NCBI GenBank assembly: GCA_050331735.1
Contig: JBHJGN010000029.1
Span: 64,001 to 128,000, forward strand
Origin: Cyanophyceae cyanobacterium
Lineage (GTDB): Bacteria > Cyanobacteriota > Cyanobacteriia > Cyanobacteriales > JBHJGN01
DNA length: 64,000 nucleotides
Direction of reading: 5' to 3'
Part shown: positions 33,201-42,991 of the stretch, piece after piece
How positions within the stretch are numbered: the stretch's first letter is position 1
Layout: the number at the start of each line of letters is the position of its first letter
Notes under the pieces: generated by a model
The model's database searches: none
Told to the model about the DNA's origin: nothing
What the model saw: only the letters and a program-made list of their open reading frames with translations
Translations under genes and position numbers: made by a program

Positions 33201-33574
33201 CGGGCGATGACCGCTTGGGCGGCAAGGGCGGCGACGACGAGCTGATTGGCGGAGCTGGCAACGACGATCTCTGGGGCGATGCGGGCGATGACCTGTTGCG
33301 GGGCGGTTTAGGTGACGACACCCTCACAGGCGACGATTTTTCCGGCGGGGAGGGCAGCGACGTGTTTGTTCTGGCGGCGGGAGAAGGCACAGACACCATC
33401 GCCGATTTCGAGGTCGGCATTGACCTCATCGGCTTAGCAGAATTGAGCTTTGCCGATCTCACCCTTGGCGAGAGCGACGGCAGTACGTCTATTAACCTCG
33501 GAGATGAGCTGTTGGCGGTTTTGGATGCCGTCAGCGACCCGCTCACGGAGGCCGATTTTACGCCGATAGTTTAA
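30242..33574 (+). CDS. Secreted DUF4347 + cleaved-adhesin-like + M14 zinc carboxypeptidase + RTX protein
   Basis: LVFIDSSV..SHG..YGCEVG (DUF4347); QDWLVTP (choice-of-anchor J); HARE, NPDG, WRKN, DLNRNF, FSEPET, DVHS, FELG (M14); GGxGDD repeats. Confidence 0.88.
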   Translation: MPTVRPSTLSAVKHLVFIDSSVDNYHQLLAGIYPYAEAFVLHPSEDGVQQITQALSTRQHLDSIHLVSHGCPGSLRLGNAELSLDTLVQYGPQLQQWRQALSKTANLLIYGCEVGATERGAAFLYCLKALVGAEVAASKQRTGSAALGGNWQLEESTGAVEAALAFTPETMAAYDSILSVIAESFDGSDFPPRGWERFPGENELGPNAGWTLGVDNGFGGRSVAFVPPEDVEGGVAQDWLVTPLLRPSAENSTLSFDARQVFPDDLGSNYAVQVSTAGQTDPDDFETVLEFTEAGIPFDEYQTYAVDFSDYVGEDIYVAFVLENDNGDFFAIDDVEGLPFTPDILISQSGDRVGLSRGGTNETIQVALTTQPSSDVLIDFSTDSREVASIESALFTPENWEQPQVVELDLAELGSTGEPETPFSLAVSTTTEDPDYATIDVDNITGTIVDSGIPFFPSYRTVEETFADLSALAEANPDIASWVDIGDSYDKVTSGSPEGYDIYALELTNPSTGSEDKPTFYVEGAIHAREYTTAELVTRFAEDLVAGYGTDADATWLLDEFKIAVVPIVNPDGRKFAEQGYLWRKNTNPEPNLAGETAPFPDYGVDLNRNFDSQWGEVPGGSSGEPGDATYRGTSAFSEPETQAVRDYVLSLFPDQKGSDELADAVPDDATGIFIDVHSFGQLILYPFGWTSEPAPDRKALETLGRKFGYFTGVDGEAYDVSQAIGLYPTDGTTDDWAYETLGVAGYTFELGTQFFEESDYFEEVIVPEATPALFYAAKAAYRPYQQPFGPDTVELSVDLEQVVAGTTVELSATADDTRYDDGATDELDSPPEPIQDIAAARYSIDVLPWEAEELTALTAADGAFDSAVEGLTGTLDTSALAPGRYTVFVQSEDANANFGVASAVFVEVVESPPDAETTTGSDDAETLTGLDGSEVIYARGGDDTVAGGQGDDLLFGNAGDDVLRGDRNDRSPGGPDGGDDTLYGGAGDDRLGGKGGDDELIGGAGNDDLWGDAGDDLLRGGLGDDTLTGDDFSGGEGSDVFVLAAGEGTDTIADFEVGIDLIGLAELSFADLTLGESDGSTSINLGDELLAVLDAVSDPLTEADFTPIV

Positions 33575-33642
33575 TCAGGGATCGGTGACCAGTAACCAGC
33601 AAAAATTTTACTCTAGTTGATAGATGCTGTTTAACTGGTCAC

Positions 33643-35220
33643 TTAAACCGCTGTGGGAGAAGCTTGATGCTCTAAGGAAGACTCAGCAGCATTGGTAGCT
33701 AGATAAGCAGCGAGTTGAGCATTGATCTGGTCGCAGACAATCTGACGATACTCGAGGAAGTGTTCCGATAAACCGCAAACGATTAAGTAGTGTTTGCAGA
33801 TGCGGGGGTTGTGCTGACTCAGTTTGTAGAGATGCCCCCAAAATTTCCAGCGGGTTTTACGCATCACTCCCTGTCGCCAGAATAAAATGGTGATCGCTCG
33901 CACGGTAATCCAGTCCAAAGGACGCTGGGGCAGGGGGTTTCTCGGAGCATCCATCATCAGAAAGTGACGGTAAGCGCGATCTAAAAAGCGGGCGGGATCG
34001 TAGAGTTGCCAAAATGCCTCGGTGTATTCCCGCGCAATTTCCGCGAGGGGTCGCGTCGGCACAAAATTCATTAGGGTGGTTTGGTTGATGTTGCCTTCTT
34101 GATTGAGGAGTCGTCCTTCTTTTTCGAGACGATGCCAGAGCGCCGTATGGGGCAGGGCTTGCAGCATACTGAACATCGGTAGCGGGATAGCGGTTTGCTC
34201 GACGAAGCGGACAATGCGATCGCCTGCACCGGGTTTTTCGCCGTCAAAGCCAATAATAAATCCAGCCATCACGCGCAAACCAACTTTAGTAATCGCTTCC
34301 ACTGAGCCACTGAGAGAGTCGCGGGTATTTTGGAACTTCTTGGTAAACGACAAGCTCTCTTCATCTGGGGTTTCGATGCCTAAAAAGACTGCTGTAAAGT
34401 TGCACTCCACCATCAGCTCCATCAGTTCTGGATCTTTGGCTAAATCGATCGATGCTTCGGTGGTAAAGCTGAAGGGATAACTCTTGTCGTTCATCCAGCC
34501 TTTTAACTCCTTCAGCAGCAGCTTGACGTTGCGCTTGTTGCCAATAAAGTTGTCGTCCACCATAAACACGCTGCCCCGCCACCCTAAATCGTACAGACGC
34601 TCTAGTTCCTGGAGCAGTTGTTGAGGGGTTTTGGTGCGGGATTTGCGTCCGTAAAGCACAATAATGTCGCAGAATTCACACTGGAAAGGACAGCCCCGCG
34701 AAAACTGAACGGACATATTATCGTAGGCGTTCAGCTCTAACAAATCGTAGCGGGGAACGGGAGTTGTCGTCACATCTGGCTTCTCGGTGGAGCGAAAGGT
34801 TCCGGAGGCTTCGCCACGTTTTACTGCCTCTACAAACATTGGCAGAGTCATTTCCCCTTCATCGAGCACTAAATAATCGGCTCCAGCGGCGGCTACTTCC
34901 TCCGGTAAAGCAGTAGCATAGGGACCGCCCACCGCGACTCGTTTCGAGCGACGTTTCGCTTCCTGAACTTGAGCGAGCAAATCCGCTTTTTGGACAATCA
35001 TCCCCGAAAGAATCACCATCTCTGCCCACTGCCACTCTTGTTCTGTAACCTCGCGGATATTGCGATCGACCAGCTTCAGTTCCCATGTCTGAGGCAAAAT
35101 AGCGGCTACCGTTACCAAACCTAAAGGAGGCAGCAGCGCTTTACGACCGACTAAAGCCAAGGATTTTTCAAAGGACCAAAAGCTTTTTGGAAACAAAGGA
35201 TATAAAAGTAAAGTTCGCAT
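33643..35220 (-). CDS. B12-binding radical SAM protein (DUF4070 type)
   Basis: PPLGL, GGPY, CPFQCEFC, DDNFIGN. Confidence 0.9.
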   Translation of the reverse strand: MRTLLLYPLFPKSFWSFEKSLALVGRKALLPPLGLVTVAAILPQTWELKLVDRNIREVTEQEWQWAEMVILSGMIVQKADLLAQVQEAKRRSKRVAVGGPYATALPEEVAAAGADYLVLDEGEMTLPMFVEAVKRGEASGTFRSTEKPDVTTTPVPRYDLLELNAYDNMSVQFSRGCPFQCEFCDIIVLYGRKSRTKTPQQLLQELERLYDLGWRGSVFMVDDNFIGNKRNVKLLLKELKGWMNDKSYPFSFTTEASIDLAKDPELMELMVECNFTAVFLGIETPDEESLSFTKKFQNTRDSLSGSVEAITKVGLRVMAGFIIGFDGEKPGAGDRIVRFVEQTAIPLPMFSMLQALPHTALWHRLEKEGRLLNQEGNINQTTLMNFVPTRPLAEIAREYTEAFWQLYDPARFLDRAYRHFLMMDAPRNPLPQRPLDWITVRAITILFWRQGVMRKTRWKFWGHLYKLSQHNPRICKHYLIVCGLSEHFLEYRQIVCDQINAQLAAYLATNAAESSLEHQASPTAV

Positions 35221-35420
35221 AAATAGCCATGCCTCACACACTCAAGCACTCGAATTCTCTCAAGCTTACAGCAATATCGAAGGTCATAATCTGAAGCACA
35301 ACAAACGACCGCCGATTTGGGTTCGCGATGGCTCCCTCTAAATCGGTCACAATAGGAGGTAAGGTAACGCAGCTCATTTTATTTCAAATTGTCAACTCCT
35401 TTGCTTGAGCGATTAGCGAT

Positions 35421-36164
35421 TCAATAGCTGAGCGACGGCAACGCCTGCCAGCAGCTTAGCTGCCAGTTGTGGCCTTCTACAGCAATAGCACCGAGGTAAT
35501 TAGCAGCAGGGGATAACCGCTGTATAGACCAGCGAGCCGCCGCTTGAGAGTCACCGTTAATCCGCAGCAGACATGCAGGCTGCTGGGGAGACAGCGAAAC
35601 TTCTACCTGCTCTAAACCCGCTAATCCTTCGCCTGTCGCTTTTAGGTAAGCTTCTTTACTTGTCCAGCCGCGATAGAAAGCCTGATGCTTTTCCTGGAGA
35701 GGAAGACGGCTGATGAATGCCGACTCTTCAGCACTAAAAAAGCGCTGAACAATTTTTTCCGCATCCGCTACAGGACGTAGATATTCAAGATCCACCCCAA
35801 TGCGTCGCTCTAGAGAAAATCCATAGAGGGCCAGTCCTTGAGAGTGGGAGAGATTGAACTGAATCCGCGCTCTCCCCCAGCCTGAAGCGAGCATCGGCTT
35901 ACCGCGAGGACCGTACTCAAACTCTAGCTGAGCCGGATCGGTCTTTAAGTACTGACCTAAAATGCTTCGGAGTAAACCGCGACCAACGATAAAGCGCTGG
36001 CTATGCTGACTGAAGTAGAATTGCTCTGCCCGTTGTTTTTCATCGGCAGACAGAATCGCCATGAAGGACTGAAGCTGTTCTATCCCAACATCAAGGTTAG
36101 CTCGCCACGCATGAACGGAGTCATTTGTCAATGATAAACGAGTCGGGGGAGACAACCACTGCAT
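35421..36164 (-). CDS. Sfp/HetI-type 4'-phosphopantetheinyl transferase
   Basis: GPRGKP, FNLSHS, GVDLE, WTSKEAYLKATGEG; ATG at 36164 (the longer start lies inside a repeat). Confidence 0.92.
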   Translation of the reverse strand: MQWLSPPTRLSLTNDSVHAWRANLDVGIEQLQSFMAILSADEKQRAEQFYFSQHSQRFIVGRGLLRSILGQYLKTDPAQLEFEYGPRGKPMLASGWGRARIQFNLSHSQGLALYGFSLERRIGVDLEYLRPVADAEKIVQRFFSAEESAFISRLPLQEKHQAFYRGWTSKEAYLKATGEGLAGLEQVEVSLSPQQPACLLRINGDSQAAARWSIQRLSPAANYLGAIAVEGHNWQLSCWQALPSLSY

Positions 36165-36173
36165 AGCGGGGGA

Positions 36174-36345
36174 GTGCCTTCGGCACGGGAAAAGGGGGAA
36201 GGGCAAGGGGAAAAGGGGGAAAATAGCTTGCGCTGCAGGAAAAGGGCAACGGTGGGCATAAACTAGTTTATTCCTTAATCCTGTGTCCTTTCCCCGTCCC
36301 AGAGGGACAGTTTTCCCTTTACCCTTTCCCCGTCCCAGAGGGACA
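36174..36345. repeat. Dispersed mosaic repeat, copy D
   Basis: GTGCC-TTC-GGCAC, core TAGTTTATTCCTTAATCCTGTGTCC, two GTCCC-AGA-GGGAC. Confidence 0.85.
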
Positions 36346-36347
36346 AT

Positions 36348-37643
36348 CTATATGTCGAGGCGCTGGTAAACTGTATCTAAATTTTTGAGATGGTGTTGAG
36401 GATCGAAGCAGGATGCGATTTCTTGCGGAGAGAGGTGCTGGTTAACCTGAGCATCTTGACTAATTAGAGCGTGGAAATTGCCGTCTGGAGTGTTCCAGGC
36501 CTGATGAGCGCAGGCTTGAACCACTTTATAAGCCTCTTCTCGACTCATGCCCTTCTCAACGAGAGTAAGCAGCACCCGCTGGCTGAAAATTACTCCGCCG
36601 TATACGTTCATATTCTGCTGCATGTTTTCTGGGTAAACCAGCAGATTTTTGACCAGATTGGCGCTCTCGCGGAGCATAAAGTGAGTCAGAATGCAGGTAT
36701 CGGGGAGAATGACTCGCTCTACCGAACTGTGGGAGATATCCCGTTCGTGCCAGAGAGCAACGTTTTCTAGAGCGGCAACGGCATGTCCGCGCACGATTCT
36801 AGCCATGCCCGTCAGCCGTTCGGAACGAATCGGGTTGCGCTTATGGGGCATCGCCGAGGAGCCTTTTTGACCTTTGGCAAAGTATTCCTCAACTTCTAAC
36901 ACATCGGTGCGCTGGAGGTTGCGAATTTCTACGGCAAAGCGTTCAATCGAAGCAGCCAGGAGCGCGAGTTGACCGACAAATTCGGCGTGGCGATCGCGGG
37001 AGATGATCTGCGTTGAAGCCGTGTCTGGCTGAAGACCGAGTTTTTGACAGGCGATCGCCTCTACCTGTGAGTCAACATTGGCGTAAGTGCCAACGGCCCC
37101 AGAAATTTTCCCAACGGCAATCTCTGTTTTAAGACGCAGCAGGCGATCGCGGTGGCGTAACGTCTCTGCCAGCCACCCGGCCAGCTTAAAGCCAAAGGTA
37201 ATCGGTTCGGCGTGAATGCCGTGAGAACGCCCCACCATTACCGTGTGGCGGTGCTGCTGTGCCTGAGCGCGAATGGCCTGAACTAATTGTTCTAGATAGT
37301 CCAGAATCAACTCTAAACTAGCAACCAGTTGCAGGGCTAAGGCCGTATCGAGTACATCTGAACTGGTTAACCCCAGGTGAATGTATCTGCCAGCCTCCCC
37401 GACATACTCATTAACGTTTGTCAAGAAAGCAATCACGTCGTGACGCACTTCTGCCTCAATTTCCAAGACTCTTTGCGGATTGAACTGGGCTTTCGCTTTA
37501 ATTTCTGCCACAGCCTCAGCCGGAATGTAGCCGAGTTCTGCCTGGGCCTCACAGACGGCAATTTCTACCTGTAGCCACGTCTCTAACTTATAGGCATCTG
37601 TCCAAAGTGCGCCCATCTCGGGCAGAGTATAGCGTTCTATCAA
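36348..37643 (-). CDS. purB: Adenylosuccinate lyase
   Basis: MIERY, RHDVIAF, GSSAMPHKRNP, WHERDISHSS. Confidence 0.97.
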   Translation of the reverse strand: MIERYTLPEMGALWTDAYKLETWLQVEIAVCEAQAELGYIPAEAVAEIKAKAQFNPQRVLEIEAEVRHDVIAFLTNVNEYVGEAGRYIHLGLTSSDVLDTALALQLVASLELILDYLEQLVQAIRAQAQQHRHTVMVGRSHGIHAEPITFGFKLAGWLAETLRHRDRLLRLKTEIAVGKISGAVGTYANVDSQVEAIACQKLGLQPDTASTQIISRDRHAEFVGQLALLAASIERFAVEIRNLQRTDVLEVEEYFAKGQKGSSAMPHKRNPIRSERLTGMARIVRGHAVAALENVALWHERDISHSSVERVILPDTCILTHFMLRESANLVKNLLVYPENMQQNMNVYGGVIFSQRVLLTLVEKGMSREEAYKVVQACAHQAWNTPDGNFHALISQDAQVNQHLSPQEIASCFDPQHHLKNLDTVYQRLDI

Positions 37644-37840
37644 AGTCTGTGTCGCTCAATACAACCGTCATATTGTACAACTCATTTCTCTAGTATCCCA
37701 CGTGAGAAAACAGAAGTTTGAAGGGGAAATGACTTGAAGACGGAGCCAAGGATTCAAAGGCTCCCTTTCCCCCTTACCCTTTCTCCAGTCTACCTGGTAG
37801 ACGCCATTACGACTCTCTGGAAACGGCTTACCTGGAGGCT

Positions 37841-38065
37841 TTACTCCCCGAAATGATCCACTTGGGATGGCGGATCGGATAGCCCAAAGTAGTTGAGCGC
37901 GACTACCAGACCCACAGAGACAACTCCTCCGATACATAAACCGACGGCAATCAGCGTGAACATCATGCGCTTCAAGTTCTTCCGAGCCTGCTTGTTCTCG
38001 TGAGGTTGTCCTGGGGGGGAGGAATCGTTGGGATCGAAATGGGGAGGAGGTTGATTGTTAACCAT
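37841..38065 (-). CDS. Small single-TM hypothetical protein
   Basis: ATG start, hydrophobic LIAVGLCIGGVVSVGLVVAL. Confidence 0.6.
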   Translation of the reverse strand: MVNNQPPPHFDPNDSSPPGQPHENKQARKNLKRMMFTLIAVGLCIGGVVSVGLVVALNYFGLSDPPSQVDHFGE

Positions 38066-38147
38066 GATGATCTCTGGTGAAAAGCGGATTGTTGATTGAT
38101 GATTGAAGACTCTGCGTTAAGGAGAGCAAAGCGAATCCCCGCCGCTA

Positions 38148-39008
38148 TCAACTGATACTTCGTGCTGCTGCTAGCAAATGTTGATGCACTGTTTGAGAGG
38201 AAGCAACGAGTAAACCGGGAAGGCTATAGTCTTGACAGGTATGGAGCGGCGGCGGCGGAGAACCGTCGAGAGTGGTGACGATGCAGCCTGCTTCTCTGGC
38301 GATAAAGGCAAGAGCTGCCCCATCGATAAATTTTCCGGCTCTAATGGCAGTTCCGGCTATTTTACTGCTCAGAATTCCGTTCATGTTGGGAATCTGCCCG
38401 TCAGCAGAATAGTCAGTGGCAACATCAATCACCTGATAATGCTTTTTTAGTTTTGGAGCCAGCGAACCCATTCCCCATCCTAGCAGGATGGTTGATGGCG
38501 GCTGCTCTATCTGTAGACGAGTACAGGCTGCTAAGTCAGCGTCCATTGCGCCTTTAAAAGCCCCTTGTCCGCGCAGCGCGTAAGAGTACTCATTCAAACC
38601 TGGCGAGAGCGCGATCGCCGCTTCAAAGTCATCTCGATTTAAGACAGCAAGGATAATCTGGTAGTTGGAGTGTCCGTCGAGGTAAAACCGAGTCCCGTCA
38701 ATAGGGTCGAGGGTGACTAAATAATCTCCTTCTGCCCCGAGGTCGATCGACCGGAAATATTTAGTGTTGCGGGACTGCTCGTATTCTTCGCCGTAAAAGC
38801 GAACCTTGGGAAACGTTCCCAACAGAACAACTTCCACCAGGTTTTGAATGGCCAGATCGGCATCCGTTAAAGCCGTTGCAAAGAAGTTGTCCTCTGCTTT
38901 AGCCGGGAGCGCAGAAATTTTTGACTGTAGTTGCTGGGCATAGGCAGCAGCGACTTTGAGATAGGGCAGCAGAGTTTCTAAGATTTGGCGGGGAGTCGGA
39001 ATTGACAT
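38148..39008 (-). CDS. Inositol monophosphatase family protein
   Basis: TDAD, GEE, DPIDGT, AREAG. Confidence 0.88.
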   Translation of the reverse strand: MSIPTPRQILETLLPYLKVAAAYAQQLQSKISALPAKAEDNFFATALTDADLAIQNLVEVVLLGTFPKVRFYGEEYEQSRNTKYFRSIDLGAEGDYLVTLDPIDGTRFYLDGHSNYQIILAVLNRDDFEAAIALSPGLNEYSYALRGQGAFKGAMDADLAACTRLQIEQPPSTILLGWGMGSLAPKLKKHYQVIDVATDYSADGQIPNMNGILSSKIAGTAIRAGKFIDGAALAFIAREAGCIVTTLDGSPPPPLHTCQDYSLPGLLVASSQTVHQHLLAAARSIS

Positions 39009-39135
39009 AGAAAGCGATCGCGCTAGTGAGCAAAGACTTCAACGATTGTGGAATTCAAGTCCCTATTATTCTACAAACCTGCCCTTTCTCAGCACACACT
39101 GGGCGATAATCTTTTCGGTTTTCCCTCTTCTCCGT

Positions 39136-40806
39136 CTAGGCATGACGAGAGCGAGCGATTCTTAAGCTGAGGAAAATGACGGGGACAATGCCCGCTAGGA
39201 TGATTGCCAAAGCTGGCGCTGAGGCTTCAACGAGTCTTTCATCAGAAGCGTACTGATAAACGCGCACCGCCAGAGTATCAAAGTTAAAAGGGCGAATGAC
39301 AAGCGTTGCTGGTAGCTCTTTCATCACGTCTACAAACACCAGCATGGCTCCTGTCAAAATTCCTCCTCTCATCATCGGTGTATGAATCTTGAGTAGGGTG
39401 GCGCTCGGAGTATGACCGAGGCTGCGGGAAGCATCATCTAAACTCGGCTTAATTTTGCTGAGGCTGGTTTCAACGGCTCCGAACGCAACGGCGAGGAAGC
39501 GAACGAGGTAGGCAAATACCAAAGCTGTAATCGTCCCGCTGAGCAGTAAACCGGTAGAAATCCCAAAGGTAGCTTTCATCCAGCTATCAAGCGCATTGTC
39601 AAAACGACCAACGGGAATCAGTACGCCGACGGCAATCACAGAACCCGGAATGGCGTAGCCCATCGAGGCAATGCGAACCGCACTGAGCATCCCTAGGTTG
39701 GGACGCAACCGCTCTCCATAGGCCAACACTAGAGAAATAACGATGGCCATAATCGCCGTAGTCGTTGCCAAGATCAAGCTATGGCTGGCAAGATTCCAGA
39801 AACTACTGTCGAGGGTTTCCGCAGCATGCTCAATCGTCATCTGAAGCAAAAACAGAGTCGGGATGGCAAAGCCGAGAGCAACGGGCAATAAACAGGCGCT
39901 CCATGCACCAGCCGCTCGCAGGGCTTTGAGTTCGTATTTCGGCAAGAGCTGGTCGTGTCTTTGATGATAGCGAGCTTGGCAACGAGACCAGCGCTCTACC
40001 ACAATGAGACCGAGGATAAACAGCATCAGCACCGCCGCTAGCTGAGCCGCCGCGACTCGCTCTCCTAACCCAAGCCAGGTTCGATAGATGCCCGTTGTAA
40101 AGGTAGTGACTCCAAAATACTGAACAGTCCCAAAATCGTTGAGGGTTTCCATCAGCGCCAGCGCCAACCCCGCCATAATTGTTGGTCGCGCCATCGGCAG
40201 CGCCACCGTAAAGAAGCTGCGCCAGGGACCACAGCCTAAAGAGCGACTCACTTCTAAAGTACAAACCGACTGTTCTAGAAAGGCAACCCGCGCGAGCAGA
40301 TACACGTAGGGATACAGCACCAGAATCAACATTAAAATAGCGCCCCCTAGAGAACGCACATCTGGAAACCAGTAATCTCTGACGCTACTCCAGCCAAATA
40401 GCTCCCGCAGCCTCATCTGTACAGGACCGTAGTAGTCGAGGAGATCGGTATAGGTGTAGGCGAGGAGGTATGCCGGTGATGCCAGAGGCAGCAATAGCAA
40501 CCACTCAAACAGACGACCGCCGGGGAAACGGCACAGCGTTACGAGCCACGCTGTGCCGACCCCAATAACCAATACGCCACCGCCAACTCCTAGCATGAGC
40601 CATAAAGAATTCACAATATAGTTAGGCAGCACCGTGGTAGCTAAGTGTCTCCAAATCTTGCCAGAGTCAGCAAAAATACTGCTGAGCACAAACAAAATCG
40701 GCGTAGAGACTAAAGTAGCGATCGCCACAGCCACTATTGTCCACAGATCGATGCGGGGACCGTAGAGCGCTCTCTTTTGGGTTAGTTTGATAAAAGCAGA
40801 AAACAC
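39136..40806 (-). CDS. futB: Fe(III) ABC transporter permease
   Basis: Duplicated permease; METLNDFGTV, GYAIPGSVIAVG, MKELPAT. Confidence 0.92.
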   Translation of the reverse strand: MFSAFIKLTQKRALYGPRIDLWTIVAVAIATLVSTPILFVLSSIFADSGKIWRHLATTVLPNYIVNSLWLMLGVGGGVLVIGVGTAWLVTLCRFPGGRLFEWLLLLPLASPAYLLAYTYTDLLDYYGPVQMRLRELFGWSSVRDYWFPDVRSLGGAILMLILVLYPYVYLLARVAFLEQSVCTLEVSRSLGCGPWRSFFTVALPMARPTIMAGLALALMETLNDFGTVQYFGVTTFTTGIYRTWLGLGERVAAAQLAAVLMLFILGLIVVERWSRCQARYHQRHDQLLPKYELKALRAAGAWSACLLPVALGFAIPTLFLLQMTIEHAAETLDSSFWNLASHSLILATTTAIMAIVISLVLAYGERLRPNLGMLSAVRIASMGYAIPGSVIAVGVLIPVGRFDNALDSWMKATFGISTGLLLSGTITALVFAYLVRFLAVAFGAVETSLSKIKPSLDDASRSLGHTPSATLLKIHTPMMRGGILTGAMLVFVDVMKELPATLVIRPFNFDTLAVRVYQYASDERLVEASAPALAIILAGIVPVIFLSLRIARSRHA

Positions 40807-40821
40807 TGATAAATATTCGCA
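40807..40821. promoter_or_regulatory. Fur box between divergent futB and srxA
   Basis: TGATAAATATTCGCA, 11/14 match to TGATAATnATTATCA. Confidence 0.55.
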
Positions 40822-40953
40822 ATAACTTTTCTACTTTACTGGATTTTGGCCGGCGATTACTTTCAACCGCATCTTCACACCAATGCTGTTGCAAAACGTA
40901 GTCATAACGAGTATGATTTAGAAAGAAACAATTTGCATTTTCAATAACTAACT

Positions 40954-41217
40954 ATGGTTGCTATTCGAGAAATTCCCGTTGCCCAGATTCGCCGTCCCCT
41001 GCCTCGACAAACCGACTCTCGCAAAGTAGAAGTGCTTATGGAGTCGATTGCGCAAGAAGGATTACGCGAACCCATCGACGTCTTAGAAGTAGACGGACAA
41101 TATTACGGCTTTTCTGGATGCCATCGTTATGAAGCTCATCAGCGTCTCGGCAAAGAAACGATTAAATGTCGGGTTCGTCGTGCTCCTCGTGCAGTTCTTC
41201 AAAAGCATCTCGCCTAA
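40954..41217 (+). CDS. srxA: Sulfiredoxin
   Basis: FSGCHRYEA motif. Confidence 0.92.
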   Translation: MVAIREIPVAQIRRPLPRQTDSRKVEVLMESIAQEGLREPIDVLEVDGQYYGFSGCHRYEAHQRLGKETIKCRVRRAPRAVLQKHLA

Positions 41218-41331
41218 ACATCCGTTTCGGGATTTAGAAAATTAGGGATTTCCATCACCAAAAGTCATCGGGTTTCCTGTTGCTAACTGCGATAGAATAG
41301 CAACATTCCTTAAAGACGATTAATCAAAGTC

Positions 41332-41403
41332 GCGGGTATAGTTCAGTGGTAGAACGTCACCTTCCCAAGGTGAATGCCGTCGGTTCGAGTCCGATTACCC
41401 GCT
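41332..41403 (+). tRNA. tRNA-Gly(CCC)
   Basis: Cloverleaf GCGGGTA/TACCCGC, anticodon arm TCACC-TTCCCAA-GGTGA, TTCGAGT loop; CCA not encoded. Confidence 0.96.
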
Positions 41404-41423
41404 TGCTTCTCTGACGCTGAGGT

Positions 41424-42707
41424 TTAGCGGTCACGACTTAAAGAGCGCAGAGGTAAACAGATTTCAAAGCTTGTTCCTCCTGCTCCACTCGTCACCGTAA
41501 TTTTGCCGCCGTGAGCCTGAACGATTTGTTGGGCGATCGCCAGCCCTAAACCGAAACCGCCTGCTCGAGAGCGGACTGTATCGACTCGGTAGAAGCGCTC
41601 AAAAATGTGGGGAAGATCTGAGGCAGGAATTCCAATCCCAGTATCCTCCACTGTCACCAAGATTCGCCGAGGTTTAACCGTCAGGGCCAAAGTGATCGCG
41701 CCCCCATCAGGCGTATACTTAATCGCATTATCGAGGAGGTTCCGAAGCGCCTGCTGGAGCAAATCGCGATCGCTGTAAATTTCTAGCGCTGCTGTTGACA
41801 CCTCTACCCTGAACTTCAACCCTTTTCGTCTGGCTAGAGTTTCGTATTCGGCCTTTAAAGAGGTTAACAACTCGACGAGATCAGTTTTAGTAAAGTCTTG
41901 ATCGTTTAATCTTCCTTCGTGCCGAGCTAAAAAGAGCAAGTTAGCAATCAGGGCACTCATCGATTTACTCTGAGTCACGATGTTTGCCAGCCGCTGACGG
42001 ATTTGCTGAGTGTCATCGGCGGGGGCAAGCAAACCGACCTGGGCATTACTGAGAATAGCAGCAACGGGGGCGCGGAGTTCGTGAGAAGCATCGGCTGTAA
42101 AACGCTGGAGCTGTTCGTAGGAGCGTCTAGCAGGCTGCATCGCCAAGCCACCGAGAACCCAGCCGACGCTCCCGGTTAAACCGAGAGTAATCGGGATACC
42201 GAAGGAAAGAAACAAACGCGATCGCGCGAGGGTTTCTTGCAGCGATTCCAGAGACACTGCCACCTGTAAATAACCAACGAAAGATTGCTCTGATGTCAGT
42301 GGCAGGGTTAACTGACGCAAATTTTGATAGTGAGGCTTACCCTGATTAAGGTTATCTCGGAGAGATTGCCATCCGGGTGTCACGGTAGTCTGTTGGTGAG
42401 AACAACGACCAATAAACTGGAGGAGGCGTTTTTGAGAGTCATACCAGCGCAGACAAATTATCTGTGACTGCATAATATTTTCGTCTTGCAAAGCAACATT
42501 CTCCGTGTCAATTTGCCACCCCTTCTCTTGTGGCCGATAGTTTGTCATGGAGGCGATCCTTCTTGCTTGAGCATAAATACGAGCGTCAAATTCTCGGATT
42601 TGTTCCTGTGCCTGACGGTGATAAACCGTACCAGCAAACAACACTAAAATGCTTCCCATCGACAGGGTAAACAAATAGGCTAAGCGACGGCGAGAGCGGT
42701 CAAACAT
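41424..42707 (-). CDS. Sensor histidine kinase (RppB/NrsS-like)
   Basis: FTADASHELRAP, NLLDNAIKY, DTGIG, GFGLGL; 2 TM. Confidence 0.93.
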   Translation of the reverse strand: MFDRSRRRLAYLFTLSMGSILVLFAGTVYHRQAQEQIREFDARIYAQARRIASMTNYRPQEKGWQIDTENVALQDENIMQSQIICLRWYDSQKRLLQFIGRCSHQQTTVTPGWQSLRDNLNQGKPHYQNLRQLTLPLTSEQSFVGYLQVAVSLESLQETLARSRLFLSFGIPITLGLTGSVGWVLGGLAMQPARRSYEQLQRFTADASHELRAPVAAILSNAQVGLLAPADDTQQIRQRLANIVTQSKSMSALIANLLFLARHEGRLNDQDFTKTDLVELLTSLKAEYETLARRKGLKFRVEVSTAALEIYSDRDLLQQALRNLLDNAIKYTPDGGAITLALTVKPRRILVTVEDTGIGIPASDLPHIFERFYRVDTVRSRAGGFGLGLAIAQQIVQAHGGKITVTSGAGGTSFEICLPLRSLSRDR

Positions 42708-42718
42708 ATAGATTAATA

Positions 42719-42886
42719 GTCTCTCTGGGACGGGAAAAGGGAAAACTGCCCCTCCGGGACGGGGAAGGGGGCAAGGGGCAATTTCTCTGTGAATCCGGTG
42801 CGGGACGGGGAAAGAACACAGGAGCGAGGAATAGGCTGAATCTCCCCCCTTTTCCCGTTGCGCAGCAACTTCCCCTCTTTCCCAAG
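42719..42886. repeat. Dispersed mosaic repeat, copy E (inverted orientation)
   Basis: GGGACGGGGAAAGAACACAGG core; GTTGC-GCA-GCAAC. Confidence 0.8.
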
Positions 42887-42928
42887 CTTAATCCTTTATC
42901 CCTGCTAGCTATTTGTGATTGCATAGAT

Positions 42929-42961
42929 TGTCATTTTAATGTCATATTTGTTCGCCACAAT
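42929..42961 (+). promoter_or_regulatory. OmpR/PhoB-type tandem repeat promoter
   Basis: TGTCA-N6-TGTCA-N11-CACAAT, duplicated at 45238. Confidence 0.65.
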
Positions 42962-42991
42962 CAGTATAAAAATGAGTTGATGATCTACAGT

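Noticed and set aside
33643..35220. Hopanoid C-2 methylase hpnP, given sqs in the window
   Set aside because: The N-terminus (YPLFPKSFWSF) fits the broader DUF4070 paralogue family and there are no hpn neighbours; it needs a phylogeny
35225..35420. Cobalamin riboswitch before the B12 radical SAM gene
   Set aside because: No B12-box or GGGAA/ACTG core, only one short hairpin
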